In this document: in pieces, positions 51,401 to 60,490 of the stretch
Layout of the letters: each line of letters opens with the position of its first letter
Position numbering within the stretch: the stretch's first letter is position 1
Source: Terriglobia bacterium
GTDB lineage: Bacteria; Acidobacteriota; Terriglobia; 20CM-2-55-15
DNA: 64,000 nt
Assembly: GCA_965198225.1 (NCBI GenBank)
Contig: CBDAOY010000007.1
Location: forward strand, 320,001-384,000
Reading direction: 5' to 3'
The notes under the pieces: generated by a model
Seen by the model: only the letters and a program-made list of their open reading frames with translations
What the model was told of the DNA's origin: nothing
Databases searched by the model: none
Position numbers and translations under genes: made by a program

Positions 51401-51509
51401 CGTTTTCCGGTAAGAGTCGAACGCGAAAGACATTTGTGTCGCTTGCTTCGACTGTTAGATGGGAACCGAACAAAAGAGCCAGTGCGACGAATCCGATCAC
51501 TCTTCTCAT
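48474..51509 (-). CDS. Secreted protein with four CHRD domains
   Basis: Four 'L...NEVP...GLHIH...YVNLH...G.IRGQL'-type repeats; signal peptide; ends at a TAG in frame with the downstream ORF. Confidence 0.85.
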   Translation of the reverse strand: MRRVIGFVALALLFGSHLTVEASDTNVFRVRLLPENEVPAVSFAGASADATITVRVSRDERGSIDAATVTFELDYVMPQSTTFTGLHIHNAPVAINGSVVIDSGLRLSDSVTGTSGRITRTIDFNSLDSEQLRSVEGLLASPDLYYVNLHSTDNPSGVVRAQLRPNVISFSPALLPGNEVPAIVGLDAEGAAKITVQVHRDKVGTITSGIVIFDVGYRFAGNVTVTGLHVHNAATGSNGPVVIDSGVNSTGPIVDSDGQGSIFRVATISPTDTDGLATLNSIISNPGQFYVNLHTTDNPSGAIRGQLDRNSLSFFTHLTGDEEVPAVTTTGTAQGLITATVTRNGAGNIDSGSVAFDLDYSFPGSTTFTGLHIHDALIGATGSVRISSGIGGEDTIVDVDGAGTINREATIGTVDSIGIETLNGLFVAPERYYVNLHSASNPAGVVRSQMGYETYQFSNSLTPQNEVPPGGSRATGTAWTSVLVKRDGNGAITSGSVNFDVDFTIGEATTITGLHIHSANAGRNGPVVVNSGVTSVVSDTGTGNVVRKVDVSQTDSAALQALAGIVDAATGFYVNLHTTLKPAGMMRGQLLQSNSFISQTAGGGGWITSVTISNPSSTRSVEGIAKFFDTTATASPEDIIDPTIPFWIPPSGSVTLNTHNQGTLTNGFARIDSDGAVDTQVTYMHPGFASFGAISPTTTRSATANISIGNGRRAAVAVLGVESSRIVFTLRDTTGATIGSAVVDLAPLEHYAAFIDELFPDLGGAAFNGTLGIQSSRSPFHPGLMSVTIVDFGPDSLSGVDVNPANAEARLLTLQDIEKMGGTDFDGGVGDYLLRNDKVEAAILAIGASTDFGIPFSPGNLPSRGVLIDVGTRGDRNDQFDELHQVLNMEFTAGGLGGGPNPGFNQNLVEYFGDPVFRNDGATASITVFGQAALNYGKVFPSLQVATTYSLTYGNSWIDIETKVTNDGSTTVPAFTITDFDVSVAKGRLAFQPFPGLGAKPVPPRHTLPRV

Positions 51510-51705
51510 TTTCGTTCTTCTTTCTTGCTCTGTGAGCAAGGTTACCCAACCAATCGTCCGTAACGATTACTGGGCTGGTGTATTCGCTTTACGCTAGGTG
51601 GGGCAATAACTCTCGGATGTTATTGGGAGCTCGGGACCGAGTCAAGGACTAAGGGGCAAGAGGGCGCAACGTGATCGGAGTGGAGGGGAGAAGAAGGCTT
51701 GACCG

Positions 51706-51739
51706 GCGTGAGATTGGGACGTGCGTGAGATTGGGACGT
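51706..51739. repeat. Perfect 17-bp tandem repeat
   Basis: GCGTGAGATTGGGACGT x2 in a divergent intergenic region. Confidence 0.8.
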
Positions 51740-51872
51740 TATTCTGATAGTCGTATAATCTACCGGGAGCGGCGCAACCGCTAGGTGACCGACGCCGGCC
51801 TGCTCCGAGACCGCGTGCCGCGATTCGACCTGTGTCGCGCCGCGCGCGGAATCACAACTAAACGGAGGCCCC

Positions 51873-52250
51873 ATGAGCACTGATCAACAACCATTGCACG
51901 TCTCCAAGTGCACGGCGCGAGGTCTGTGGCAGGAGTACCGCATATTCGACGACCGAGTCGAGCTGCTGACCCACTTTGGTACGATGACCGTACCCTTCGA
52001 CGAAATCGAACGCGCCGAAGTGCAGGATTCCGACATCAAAGGCTGGGGCAAGCAGGGGCAGTTGCATCTGAGGAACTTCCGCCCCGCCCTCAAGATCGAT
52101 TGGGCAAACTTTCACGAGCACGTCGTGCTCGACAAGACCGGGGGGCTGCTGCACCGCGTCAAGTTCACCCCGGACGATCCGGCGGCGTTCGTCGCGGCGC
52201 TGGATGCCGCCGTCCAGGAGCACCGCGCAGGTACGGGCCGGACTGGATGA
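51873..52250 (+). CDS. Small PH-like hypothetical protein
   Basis: GGAGG RBS; 'YRIFDDRVEL...VPFDEIERAE...TPDDPAAFVAAL'. Confidence 0.6.
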   Translation: MSTDQQPLHVSKCTARGLWQEYRIFDDRVELLTHFGTMTVPFDEIERAEVQDSDIKGWGKQGQLHLRNFRPALKIDWANFHEHVVLDKTGGLLHRVKFTPDDPAAFVAALDAAVQEHRAGTGRTG

Positions 52251-52283
52251 ACTTCGACACTAAACGCGAGTGGCGAACGATGG

Positions 52284-54071
52284 CTATCGCCCCGCTCCCG
52301 GCTCGCGCACGGTAAAACCCAGCATCATGCCCGCCTCCAGGTGCTCGGCGATGTGGCAGTGCATCATCCAGTCGCCGGGGTTGGACATGTCGACCAGGTA
52401 CTGGACGGTCGTTCCGACAGGCACGATGGCGGTGTCCTTCCAGACGAGGTTCTGGTTGGGGACGCCGTCGATGTTCAGGACCAGGAATCGCTGGCCGTGG
52501 ATGTGGACGGGATGATTCATCGGGTGAATCGTCTCGGGATCGTTGAACAGCTCGATCTTGACGACGTCGCCCACCTCGAACTCCCAGTCGATGTCCATGT
52601 TCTCGCGGCCCGTCTCGGTGTCGAGCATGGTCCAGTGCACCTGCTCGGCGCTCGACAGCCAGTTCATCATCGGCATCGCGTCGTTCCACTCCATGGGCGG
52701 CGCGTAGAGCCCGGCCTCGAACTCCATGGCGCGCACGATCTCGAGCGGCAGGTTCTCGATGTCCAGCGTAAGCTCGAGCCGCTGGTCGACCGGCCGATCG
52801 AAGTACTGGCGGTAGTCGTCGATGTCGGAGGAGACGTCGACGTTTTCGCGCAGGGTGTCGAAGGTGGCGGCGTGGTCGTCTGAAGTCGCGTCGTCGGCGA
52901 CCACGACCGTGCCCAGCAGATCGGTGTGTGGATAGAACTCGCCGCGAAAATCGTCGATCGCCTGAATGGAGTTGGTGACGGGTACGTCGCCCGCCTCGTC
53001 GAAGCGCACCTCGACGATGTAGCGCTCCGCAGGCGCGATCACGACGGATTCGACCCACTCCTCGCGCTCGTACTTGCTCACGTCGGAGCCTACGATCTTG
53101 ATCGGCGCCCCACCGAACACGACGTTGAACGTTCGGGTGTTGGCGACGTTGGTCAGGTAGAACCGCACGACGTCGCCTCTGGCTACGTCCAGCGTGTAGT
53201 CGGTGGTGCCGTTGACCAGCATCACGTTGCCGAACCGGCCCATCAGGGCATGGGTGGCGGCTTGCTCGCCGTAGGGGATCGGCCCGAGGTCGTCCATCAG
53301 CAGGTCATCGAGAATCAACGCCTCCTCGTGGTTGACCGGGCTGTAGTAGGCCGGCTCCGGCGCCCCGACGAGCAGGTTCCCGTACAGGCCGAGATCCTGC
53401 TGGATGTCCTCGCGCATGTGTGGGTGATACCAGTAGATCCCGGAGTCGCGGAAGAAGATCTCATACCGGAACGACTCCCCGTAGGCGACCGGCGCCTGGG
53501 TCACGTTCGGGACGCCATCGAAGCGGTTGTCCAGCCGGATCCCGTGCCAGTGCACGGTCGTGGGATCCGGGATCTCGTTGTGGAAGTTGACGACGATCGT
53601 GGCGCCGCGGGGCGCCCGGATGAGCGGCCCGGGATACATCCCGTTGTAGCCGAACATCACGAGCATCTTGCCGTTGATCGTTCGCCGCACCAGCGACGCC
53701 CGGATGTCCATCTCGTCGCCGTCGTCCATGTCGACGATCGCGGCAGGCACCGCCTCGGGCAGCGTCATCAGGTCGAGGTCCCCTCCCGGGAGGAACGGAT
53801 CGACGATCGGGTTCGTGCCTATCAGACCGGGCAGCATCGGCATCGGTCGATCCATGGGCGGCATGCGCCAGGCGGCCGGATCGGACCCCATCATGTGATC
53901 CATGCCCTCGTGATCCATGCCCGGCATCTGCATGCCTGGCATCTGCGATGCCGGTGGGGTTTGCTGGGGTAGGGAAGACTGGCCCGAGAGCCCCGCTGTG
54001 AGCAGCGTGACTCCGGCAATCAGGGAGAGGAATGCACCGAGGCTACCGCTCCGCCGGCCGGGTGTCGTCAT
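52284..54071 (-). CDS. Multicopper oxidase with Met-rich N-terminus
   Basis: HWHG, WYHPH, HPVHIHG, HCHIAEHLEAGMM; 'QMPGMQMPGMDHEGMDHMM'. Confidence 0.93.
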   Translation of the reverse strand: MTTPGRRSGSLGAFLSLIAGVTLLTAGLSGQSSLPQQTPPASQMPGMQMPGMDHEGMDHMMGSDPAAWRMPPMDRPMPMLPGLIGTNPIVDPFLPGGDLDLMTLPEAVPAAIVDMDDGDEMDIRASLVRRTINGKMLVMFGYNGMYPGPLIRAPRGATIVVNFHNEIPDPTTVHWHGIRLDNRFDGVPNVTQAPVAYGESFRYEIFFRDSGIYWYHPHMREDIQQDLGLYGNLLVGAPEPAYYSPVNHEEALILDDLLMDDLGPIPYGEQAATHALMGRFGNVMLVNGTTDYTLDVARGDVVRFYLTNVANTRTFNVVFGGAPIKIVGSDVSKYEREEWVESVVIAPAERYIVEVRFDEAGDVPVTNSIQAIDDFRGEFYPHTDLLGTVVVADDATSDDHAATFDTLRENVDVSSDIDDYRQYFDRPVDQRLELTLDIENLPLEIVRAMEFEAGLYAPPMEWNDAMPMMNWLSSAEQVHWTMLDTETGRENMDIDWEFEVGDVVKIELFNDPETIHPMNHPVHIHGQRFLVLNIDGVPNQNLVWKDTAIVPVGTTVQYLVDMSNPGDWMMHCHIAEHLEAGMMLGFTVREPGAGR

Positions 54072-54703
54072 CGGGGGCGGTTCAGTCGTGTGGGATTTTC
54101 GCCGAAACCATACTTCGCGCACGGCTCGTTCTCATACGGCCCGTGGCCGGCCATGGTGTGCATCATACCGCTGCGGGACATGCCGCGCGAGACGATCGGG
54201 CCGCTCCACTTCGTCGCCGCCGGATCGTCCTCGGGCTCCAGCGTGAGCACCACGAGGTACTTGTTCCACTCGACCCGACCACTGACCGAGCTGTTCGCGT
54301 CGAGCACCCCGAGCCGCTTCACCTGATCGATCTCGGAAGTTGTCAGCCATGCGGTGTAGTGACCCTGCTTGGGTGCCTTCAGACGCTCGAAGCCGATCGT
54401 CAGGTCATAGATGTAGGTTCCGTCCGGTGTGATCGAGACGCCGAACGGCGACCTGGCGAACGAAGCCTGGCCCAGCCCGCGGGAGCGCCCGGTTCCCGGG
54501 ACCCGGCCGGTCTTTACCATCTCGATCGCGTAGTAAGGCAGGTTCGGCGTCGGGAGCTCCGTCGCCGAACAGGGATTAACCGGGCCGGCGGGAACCGTGG
54601 CCGCGCTCGCCGCAAGAGGAGTGATCGGCGGCAGAGGCAACTCGAACGATGCGAGGACGACCAGAACGACCACCGCACCGACGAATCTCGGTCCCGTTGT
54701 CAT
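54068..54703 (-). CDS. Secreted hypothetical protein with His/Met-rich C-terminus
   Basis: ATGA overlaps on both sides; hydrophobic leader; 'GMSRSGMMHTMAGHGP'; two Cys. Confidence 0.7.
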   Translation of the reverse strand: MTTGPRFVGAVVVLVVLASFELPLPPITPLAASAATVPAGPVNPCSATELPTPNLPYYAIEMVKTGRVPGTGRSRGLGQASFARSPFGVSITPDGTYIYDLTIGFERLKAPKQGHYTAWLTTSEIDQVKRLGVLDANSSVSGRVEWNKYLVVLTLEPEDDPAATKWSGPIVSRGMSRSGMMHTMAGHGPYENEPCAKYGFGENPTRLNRPR

Positions 54704-56037
54704 TGCGGACCCTCCGAATCCCAGTCCTGCGCGCTGGAGATGTTCGGCACACCCCAGTCTGCGCCGTTCCAACCTTGGAATCCCTCCATCCGGAACGTCC
54801 AGAACCCGGTCGACATGTCGCTGACCCCGATCAGACCATCGGCATTTCGCACGTCGACGCCAAAGGCGCCGTTGAACATCGGGTTGCGCCGCGTGTTCGG
54901 TGGCCCGACGTATGTGTCGTAGTAGGCGACCGTCACGGGGTTGCGCGGATCCATCATGCTGAACACCTGGAGACCGTCCAGGTAGCCCGACACGAACACG
55001 TAGGGCCAACGCACCTCGTGGTTGTGCGTGAGGTTCTTCCAGTCCGCCGTCCATCCTGATATGGGTCGCGAGATGTTTTCGACCTCGCCATTCAGCCCGG
55101 GCTCCAGATCGAAGATGCGCAGCGGCGCGTACTGGTATTCCGTCTCGGCGATGACGTAGCGGCCGTCGGGCGTCGGTGTGAAGGTGTGACCGCTTCGCAC
55201 GCCGCTGATGCCGGTCAGGGTGACCAGCAGCTCGGGTTTTTCCAGGTCCGTGATGTTGTAGACGTAGTAGCCTCCGGTGCCGCCCCCGTAGAACCGGTCC
55301 TCGGCGTCGTCGGGGTGATACCCGGCATAGAAGTCGTGGTACCCGCGCCGGCCACCCTCGGCGTCACCGGCAGGAATCCGGGCGATCATCGCCTGCTCGG
55401 CACGGCCCTCGACCACCGAGCCGAGGTCGTACACCGCCGCGTACGGAGCCCGAAGCGTCGCGATGAGCAGTATCCGGCCGTTGCTGTGCTTGTAGATGAA
55501 GATGTTGTGGAAGCCGCCGGGCGTGTCCGGCTCGCGGAGCCGCGCCACCTCTTTCACGGTGCTGACGTCGGGCAGACCGGTCACGTCGACGATGACAGCA
55601 CCCATGTCGCTGTCGGGACCGCCCTGGCCGAACTGCAGCGACTGGACGAAGTAGTAGCGGCCGTCCCACTTGAAGTGCTTGACGTCCATGCCGCCGTTGC
55701 CGAGATGGAGATCCTGATCCTCGATCCGCCACTCATAGATCACCTTCGGTCTGGACGGATCCGAGATGTCGATCACGTCCGTGCCCTTGTCACCCTCCTC
55801 GCCGTAGACCATGCGGGCGACGTAGGCGTAAGGCCGCGAAAGCTCCTGCTCCATGTCCATGTCGGCCACGCTGAGCCGAGGACCGAGAGGGATATGGCCA
55901 AGCACTTGGAGGTTGTCGCTTCCAGGCTTCTGGGGAGTCCAGAGGGCCACGCCCTGGCCCAGCAGGCCCGGCTGTGAAATCAGGAGGCCCGCTGCGACGA
56001 TGAATGCAAGGACCAGGGTGGATTGACGCTTCTTCAC
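54700..56037 (-). CDS. LVIVD-repeat beta-propeller protein
   Basis: 'VIDISDP', 'IVDVT', GFHN, YHD, GHT, HNH, 'VSGYLDGLQVF', 'GAFGVD'. Confidence 0.8.
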   Translation of the reverse strand: MKKRQSTLVLAFIVAAGLLISQPGLLGQGVALWTPQKPGSDNLQVLGHIPLGPRLSVADMDMEQELSRPYAYVARMVYGEEGDKGTDVIDISDPSRPKVIYEWRIEDQDLHLGNGGMDVKHFKWDGRYYFVQSLQFGQGGPDSDMGAVIVDVTGLPDVSTVKEVARLREPDTPGGFHNIFIYKHSNGRILLIATLRAPYAAVYDLGSVVEGRAEQAMIARIPAGDAEGGRRGYHDFYAGYHPDDAEDRFYGGGTGGYYVYNITDLEKPELLVTLTGISGVRSGHTFTPTPDGRYVIAETEYQYAPLRIFDLEPGLNGEVENISRPISGWTADWKNLTHNHEVRWPYVFVSGYLDGLQVFSMMDPRNPVTVAYYDTYVGPPNTRRNPMFNGAFGVDVRNADGLIGVSDMSTGFWTFRMEGFQGWNGADWGVPNISSAQDWDSEGPQ

Positions 56038-56265
56038 GGTTCACCTCGTGTGCGTTGGGATGAGTAGGAAATTATAGCAAAGTTCAACGGTGCGAAGGTT
56101 TCAAAGGATCCACGCTTCGGTCCGAGTATAGGCGCCGACAGCCCATCTGCTCCAAGAATGAAATAGGTGAAAACGAATTGGGGGAAATGGGGGCTCTGTC
56201 GCCCTAATTTCTTTGACACTGGCCACTCTTGTATGTCTTCATCGCGAGGTTGGGGGTGCTCTGAA

Positions 56266-57153
56266 ATGCGTAGCGTCTTTCAGTTTGGGGCCGTCTTGCT
56301 CGCGTTCGCCACAGGTGCATTCCTGGCGTTTTCTCTTCCAGCCGTGCCGGTCCAGAGTCAGGGTTCGTCTTACGACGTGCCGCGTCTGCCGGACGGCAAG
56401 CCGGACATGAACGGCATCTGGCAGGCGCTCGGCAATGCTCATTGGGACATCGAGCCGCATATGGCCCATGCCGCGCTCGCTACGCAGTCGGGCCCCGTGG
56501 TGCCCGTGCCGGCGAAAGAGGTGTTGGCCTTCGGTGCCGTGGGCGCTGTGCCTTCGGGGTATGGCGTGGTGGAGGGGGGCGAGATTCCCTACCTGCCGGA
56601 GGCGCTCGAGAAGAGGAAGGAGAACCAGGAGAACTGGCTCACCCGTGACCCGGAAATCAAGTGCTATCTGCCGGGTGTTCCGCGCGCCACCTACATGCAG
56701 TTCCCGTTTCAGATCTTCCAGAGTGAGAGCAAGTTTTTCATCGCCTACGAGTTTGCCGGCGCCGTCCGCGATATCCATTATGCGGACCCGGGTCCGGCGC
56801 AGGTCGACTCGTGGACGGGCCAATCCGTCGGCCGGTGGGAGGGCGATACCTTCCTGGTCGAGGTTACCGGGTTCAACGACGGGACGTGGTTCGACCGGGC
56901 GGGAAACCACCACAGTGCCGCGATGAAAGTCACCGAGCGGTACACGATGACGAGCCCCGACCACCTCTGGTACGACGCCACGATCGAAGATCCGAACACA
57001 TTCTCCCGTCCGTGGACCATCCGCTTGCCGCTGTACCGCAACATCGATCCGGATGCACGGCTCGGTCAGTTCAAGTGCGTCGAGTTCGTGGAGGAGCTCA
57101 TCTACGGACACCTCCGCAAGAACCCGATCCCGGATCTGGAGGAGGGGAAATGA
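56266..57153 (+). CDS. Conserved secreted hypothetical protein (DUF6152-associated family), paralog 1
   Basis: 'PRLPDGKPDMNGIW', 'CYLPGVPR', 'SVGRWEGDTFLVE', 'IEDPNTFSRPW', FKCVE. Confidence 0.75.
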   Translation: MRSVFQFGAVLLAFATGAFLAFSLPAVPVQSQGSSYDVPRLPDGKPDMNGIWQALGNAHWDIEPHMAHAALATQSGPVVPVPAKEVLAFGAVGAVPSGYGVVEGGEIPYLPEALEKRKENQENWLTRDPEIKCYLPGVPRATYMQFPFQIFQSESKFFIAYEFAGAVRDIHYADPGPAQVDSWTGQSVGRWEGDTFLVEVTGFNDGTWFDRAGNHHSAAMKVTERYTMTSPDHLWYDATIEDPNTFSRPWTIRLPLYRNIDPDARLGQFKCVEFVEELIYGHLRKNPIPDLEEGK

Positions 57154-58268
57154 GGCCATACTACCGGTCGCTACCGGCGCTTTCCTTTGCAGTGGCGTTT
57201 TGCGGGCTGGTGGCTTTCGCGGTGGCGCAGACCCCGCCCTCTACTGCGGCGCAGGCCCCGCCGCCTGAGGCTGCGCCACCGGTTGTACCGAGGACGCCCG
57301 ACGGTCATCCGGACCTGCAGGGCAACTGGACCAACGCGACGGCGACTCCGATCCAGCGTCCCGAAGGTCAGGGCCCTGTTCTCGACCCGGAACAGGTCGC
57401 CGAGATCGAGGGTGAGAGGCAGGAGTTCATCGCAGAGCTGTCTGCAGACAGCGATCCCGACCGGCAGGCGCCCCCCGTGGGTGGTGTCTTCACAGGAGAC
57501 GCGCGCTTCGATGCGGCAACCGGCGGAACGGGAGGCTACAACTACTTCTATATTGATGCCGGCGACCGAGTGGCCGTCTTCAATGGCAAGCCCCGGAGCT
57601 CACTGGTCGTGGATCCGCCGGACGGCCGCATTCCTCCCCTGACGCCCGAAGCGCGGCAGGCGCGGGAGGAGGCCGGTGCTCGGGCCGGCCAATTCGGCCC
57701 TTTCGACAACCCGGAGAATCGGCCGCTCGGCGAGCGTTGCATCATGTCGTTCGGCTCTAATGCAGGCCCGCCGATGCTCCCCAACTACTTTTACAACAAC
57801 AACTACACTATCGTGCAGACCGCCGATCACATTATGATCCTGACCGAGATGGTCCACGATGTCCGGATCATCAGGCTTGGCGAGCGAAAGCCGCTGCCGG
57901 CGCACATTCGCCCCTGGATGGGCGATTCGTGGGGTCGGTGGGAAGGCGATACGCTCGTGGTCGAGACCACCAATCTTCCCCTGGATCAGGTGAACGGTCA
58001 CCGCTTCATCCACCCCGGCGGTTCTGAGAACATGAAAGTGATCGAACGCTTCACCCGGGTCGACGCTCACACGATCAACTACGAGTTCACCGTGCAGGAC
58101 CCAACGTTCTATACCCGCCCGTGGAGCGGGGAGGTGCCGTTCAAGGTGCTTGACGGCCTCGTTTACGAATACGCGTGTCACGAGGCGAACTACTCACTCT
58201 TCAACGTGCTGAGCGGCGCCCGTGCGCAGGAACGTGAAGCGGCAGAGAAAGGAAAGGAGCCGAGATGA
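57150..58268 (+). CDS. Conserved secreted hypothetical protein, paralog 2
   Basis: ATG at 57150 overlapping the upstream stop; 'PRTPDGHPDLQGNW', ERC, 'GDSWGRWEGDTLVVETTN', YEYACHEAN. Confidence 0.75.
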   Translation: MRPYYRSLPALSFAVAFCGLVAFAVAQTPPSTAAQAPPPEAAPPVVPRTPDGHPDLQGNWTNATATPIQRPEGQGPVLDPEQVAEIEGERQEFIAELSADSDPDRQAPPVGGVFTGDARFDAATGGTGGYNYFYIDAGDRVAVFNGKPRSSLVVDPPDGRIPPLTPEARQAREEAGARAGQFGPFDNPENRPLGERCIMSFGSNAGPPMLPNYFYNNNYTIVQTADHIMILTEMVHDVRIIRLGERKPLPAHIRPWMGDSWGRWEGDTLVVETTNLPLDQVNGHRFIHPGGSENMKVIERFTRVDAHTINYEFTVQDPTFYTRPWSGEVPFKVLDGLVYEYACHEANYSLFNVLSGARAQEREAAEKGKEPR

Positions 58269-58723
58269 AGACCACGCGCACGATACGCGGGACACTGATC
58301 GGGAGCGTCGTGGCGGCAATTGCCTTCGCCTGTGCGGCGCCGCTCGTGGCGCATCACGCCTTCGGCGGCGAGTTCGACCGGAACGCGCCCATTCGACTCG
58401 AGGGAAGAATCGTCAAGCTCGAGTGGGTAAACCCCCACTCCTGGATTCACATTGAGGTTGTGGATGAGACCGGCACGACCGAGGTGTGGATGGTGGAGGG
58501 CGGAACGCCCAACGTGCTGCTTCGACGAGGGCTTCGACGGGATTGCCTCAAACCCGGCACCGTGATCATCGTCGACGGCTATCAGGCGCGGGACCACTCG
58601 CTCAAGCGGGCGAACGGCCGCGACGTGACCTTCACAGACGGCAACAAGATCTTCATGGGATCGTCAGGTACGGGGGCGCCCGATGAAGCCCAGCGCCGGA
58701 GGACCGAGAGGGGACGCTGTTGA
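58265..58723 (+). CDS. DUF6152 family protein
   Basis: Signal peptide then AHHAF; 'EWVNPHSWIH'; 'WMVEGG.PN.L.RRG'. Confidence 0.8.
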   Translation: MKTTRTIRGTLIGSVVAAIAFACAAPLVAHHAFGGEFDRNAPIRLEGRIVKLEWVNPHSWIHIEVVDETGTTEVWMVEGGTPNVLLRRGLRRDCLKPGTVIIVDGYQARDHSLKRANGRDVTFTDGNKIFMGSSGTGAPDEAQRRRTERGRC

Positions 58724-58751
58724 CCCCTCGCTGCCGGCCCCGGGTCGCTGG

Positions 58752-59225
58752 TTAGCTGGAGAATCCGATCCAACGCCCGGCTGCCGCAACCGTGAACCAC
58801 AGGCCAATCGAGACAACGGCCACCAGTTTCTGCCAGCGTGGCCCGATTCTTCTCTCTTCACTCATCACCGCGCGGACGACAAAGGTGAATGTCACCGCCA
58901 GCGGCAGCGCCGTCATCTTTACCCAGAAGGACGTGTTGTAGTAGCACTTGAGGGCTTCCGAAGAAAACAGCGCGGCCCCGGTCAATGCCATTACGATCAG
59001 GCTGCCGATGAGCCACGGTTGCGTGTCGCGCACGAGTTCGACGAGCGGCTGACCGCGAAGTCCAAGCCCGAGCCGACGCAATTCGACGATCAATACCGCT
59101 CCACCAATCAGGGCAAGACCTAGAAGGTGGACGGACTCGATGACGGCAAAAGCCCACGTGGAATTTCTGATCGCCTCCCCCAGCCTCGTCGACTCGCACC
59201 ACTCAAAAAAAGGTAGGAGGGACAT
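58752..59225 (-). CDS. DUF6644 family membrane protein
   Basis: 'IESVHLLGL', 'FWVKM', 'AGRWIGF'; TGATG overlap with the upstream paralog. Confidence 0.8.
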   Translation of the reverse strand: MSLLPFFEWCESTRLGEAIRNSTWAFAVIESVHLLGLALIGGAVLIVELRRLGLGLRGQPLVELVRDTQPWLIGSLIVMALTGAALFSSEALKCYYNTSFWVKMTALPLAVTFTFVVRAVMSEERRIGPRWQKLVAVVSIGLWFTVAAAGRWIGFSS

Positions 59226-59800
59226 CACCGGGAATCGACGACACAACCGGCCCACCAGTTGACGAGTTCCGGTTGCGGCTGAAGATCGCAGTCGAACCAG
59301 TTGTAGGCAATCATGCGCCCGCAAACGATGATGAGGGCCCAGAATGCGAGAGACAGAATCCCGGCCATACGGGCCCCTCTGGGTGGGATCGGATCGCTGG
59401 CCCAGCTCGCTATGCTCCGGTAGACCCCCGAGTGGAATACCCAGACGTTCGCGCCGGCCAGAATCAGAAAGACAACCTTGAACCGAAAGAAGACGTTCTG
59501 GAAAGTTCGCACTGGAATGGCATAGAAGAGGAGCGAACCGGTCACCACCATCACGATGAAGCCGAGCGTCATCCACGGCAGCAGCCGCCTGATGACTTCG
59601 TTCACCGGCGCCTGCCTCATCGTGAGTCCCACCAGTCGCAAGTCGAGCATCGCCGCCAACCCTACGAAAAGGGTCAGAGTCAGCACGTGGGTCGATTCAA
59701 CCAGAGGATACAGGTAGAGCGATTCGTGGAGCGCGATACTCCACGACGTGCTTGCGAGCCACTCGCAGAAGTCCAGCATCTGCGGGTAGCTTGCTATCAT
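59225..59800 (-). CDS. DUF6644 family membrane protein
   Basis: 'VESTHVL', 'LDLRLVG', 'FRFK', 'CGRMIAYNWFDC'. Confidence 0.8.
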   Translation of the reverse strand: MIASYPQMLDFCEWLASTSWSIALHESLYLYPLVESTHVLTLTLFVGLAAMLDLRLVGLTMRQAPVNEVIRRLLPWMTLGFIVMVVTGSLLFYAIPVRTFQNVFFRFKVVFLILAGANVWVFHSGVYRSIASWASDPIPPRGARMAGILSLAFWALIIVCGRMIAYNWFDCDLQPQPELVNWWAGCVVDSR

Positions 59801-59916
59801 CGGGCAGCGGGGCTTGTCAAGGCTATGGGAGCTTGTGGAGGCGCGGTCTTATGAGGACGGGAGGGGCTCCTGGAGTGAATGAACTGCCAGGCCGCACTCC
59901 GGAGCGGTACAGAGTC

Positions 59917-60483
59917 TTATTGCAAGCCTCTTGTCACTTCCGCCGGATACCAATACTTGTTGTGACATTGTTCGCAGGATTCATAGAGCTCGCCACCAGT
60001 GGTGAAGATCGCTTCTGCGTTCCTGGCGTCCGCCGCGGCCAGTGAGGCCATGGCTGCATCGTGCAGTCCGAGCGACAGCCGGTCCCAACTTTCCCGATCC
60101 TCTTCCATCAACGCCTGTATCTCCTCAATGGACAGCATGATGTTCGCGCCCTCCTCCAGTTTTTCTCCGGGAGCCACGACCCGACGGCCGGGCACCAGTA
60201 AAAGGTTAGAGGCTTCGATCAACGTGATGATGTGCCGTCGAACCTCGGCCCACTCCTCCTCGGTCTGCGGTGCCCTTTCATGAGTACCTTCCGCATCCAT
60301 GATCGTGCCGACGGACCCCCATACGACATCCGCACTGGGATCGATGATGGACTTCATGATTTCCTGCACTGTTGCCGTTGCGCGGTACTCGGGTTGTGGG
60401 GTAGCGCACCCGCTGTTGAGCAAGAAAAGAACGCTCGCCTGTAAAACAAAAGAGTATGCTCGCATTCCGGTCCTCATCTCCAT
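59917..60483 (-). CDS. Cytochrome c'-like (four-helix) lipoprotein
   Basis: Lipobox NSGC; helical body; C-terminal CEQCH. Confidence 0.75.
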   Translation of the reverse strand: MEMRTGMRAYSFVLQASVLFLLNSGCATPQPEYRATATVQEIMKSIIDPSADVVWGSVGTIMDAEGTHERAPQTEEEWAEVRRHIITLIEASNLLLVPGRRVVAPGEKLEEGANIMLSIEEIQALMEEDRESWDRLSLGLHDAAMASLAAADARNAEAIFTTGGELYESCEQCHNKYWYPAEVTRGLQ

Positions 60484-60490
60484 CGCCCGT

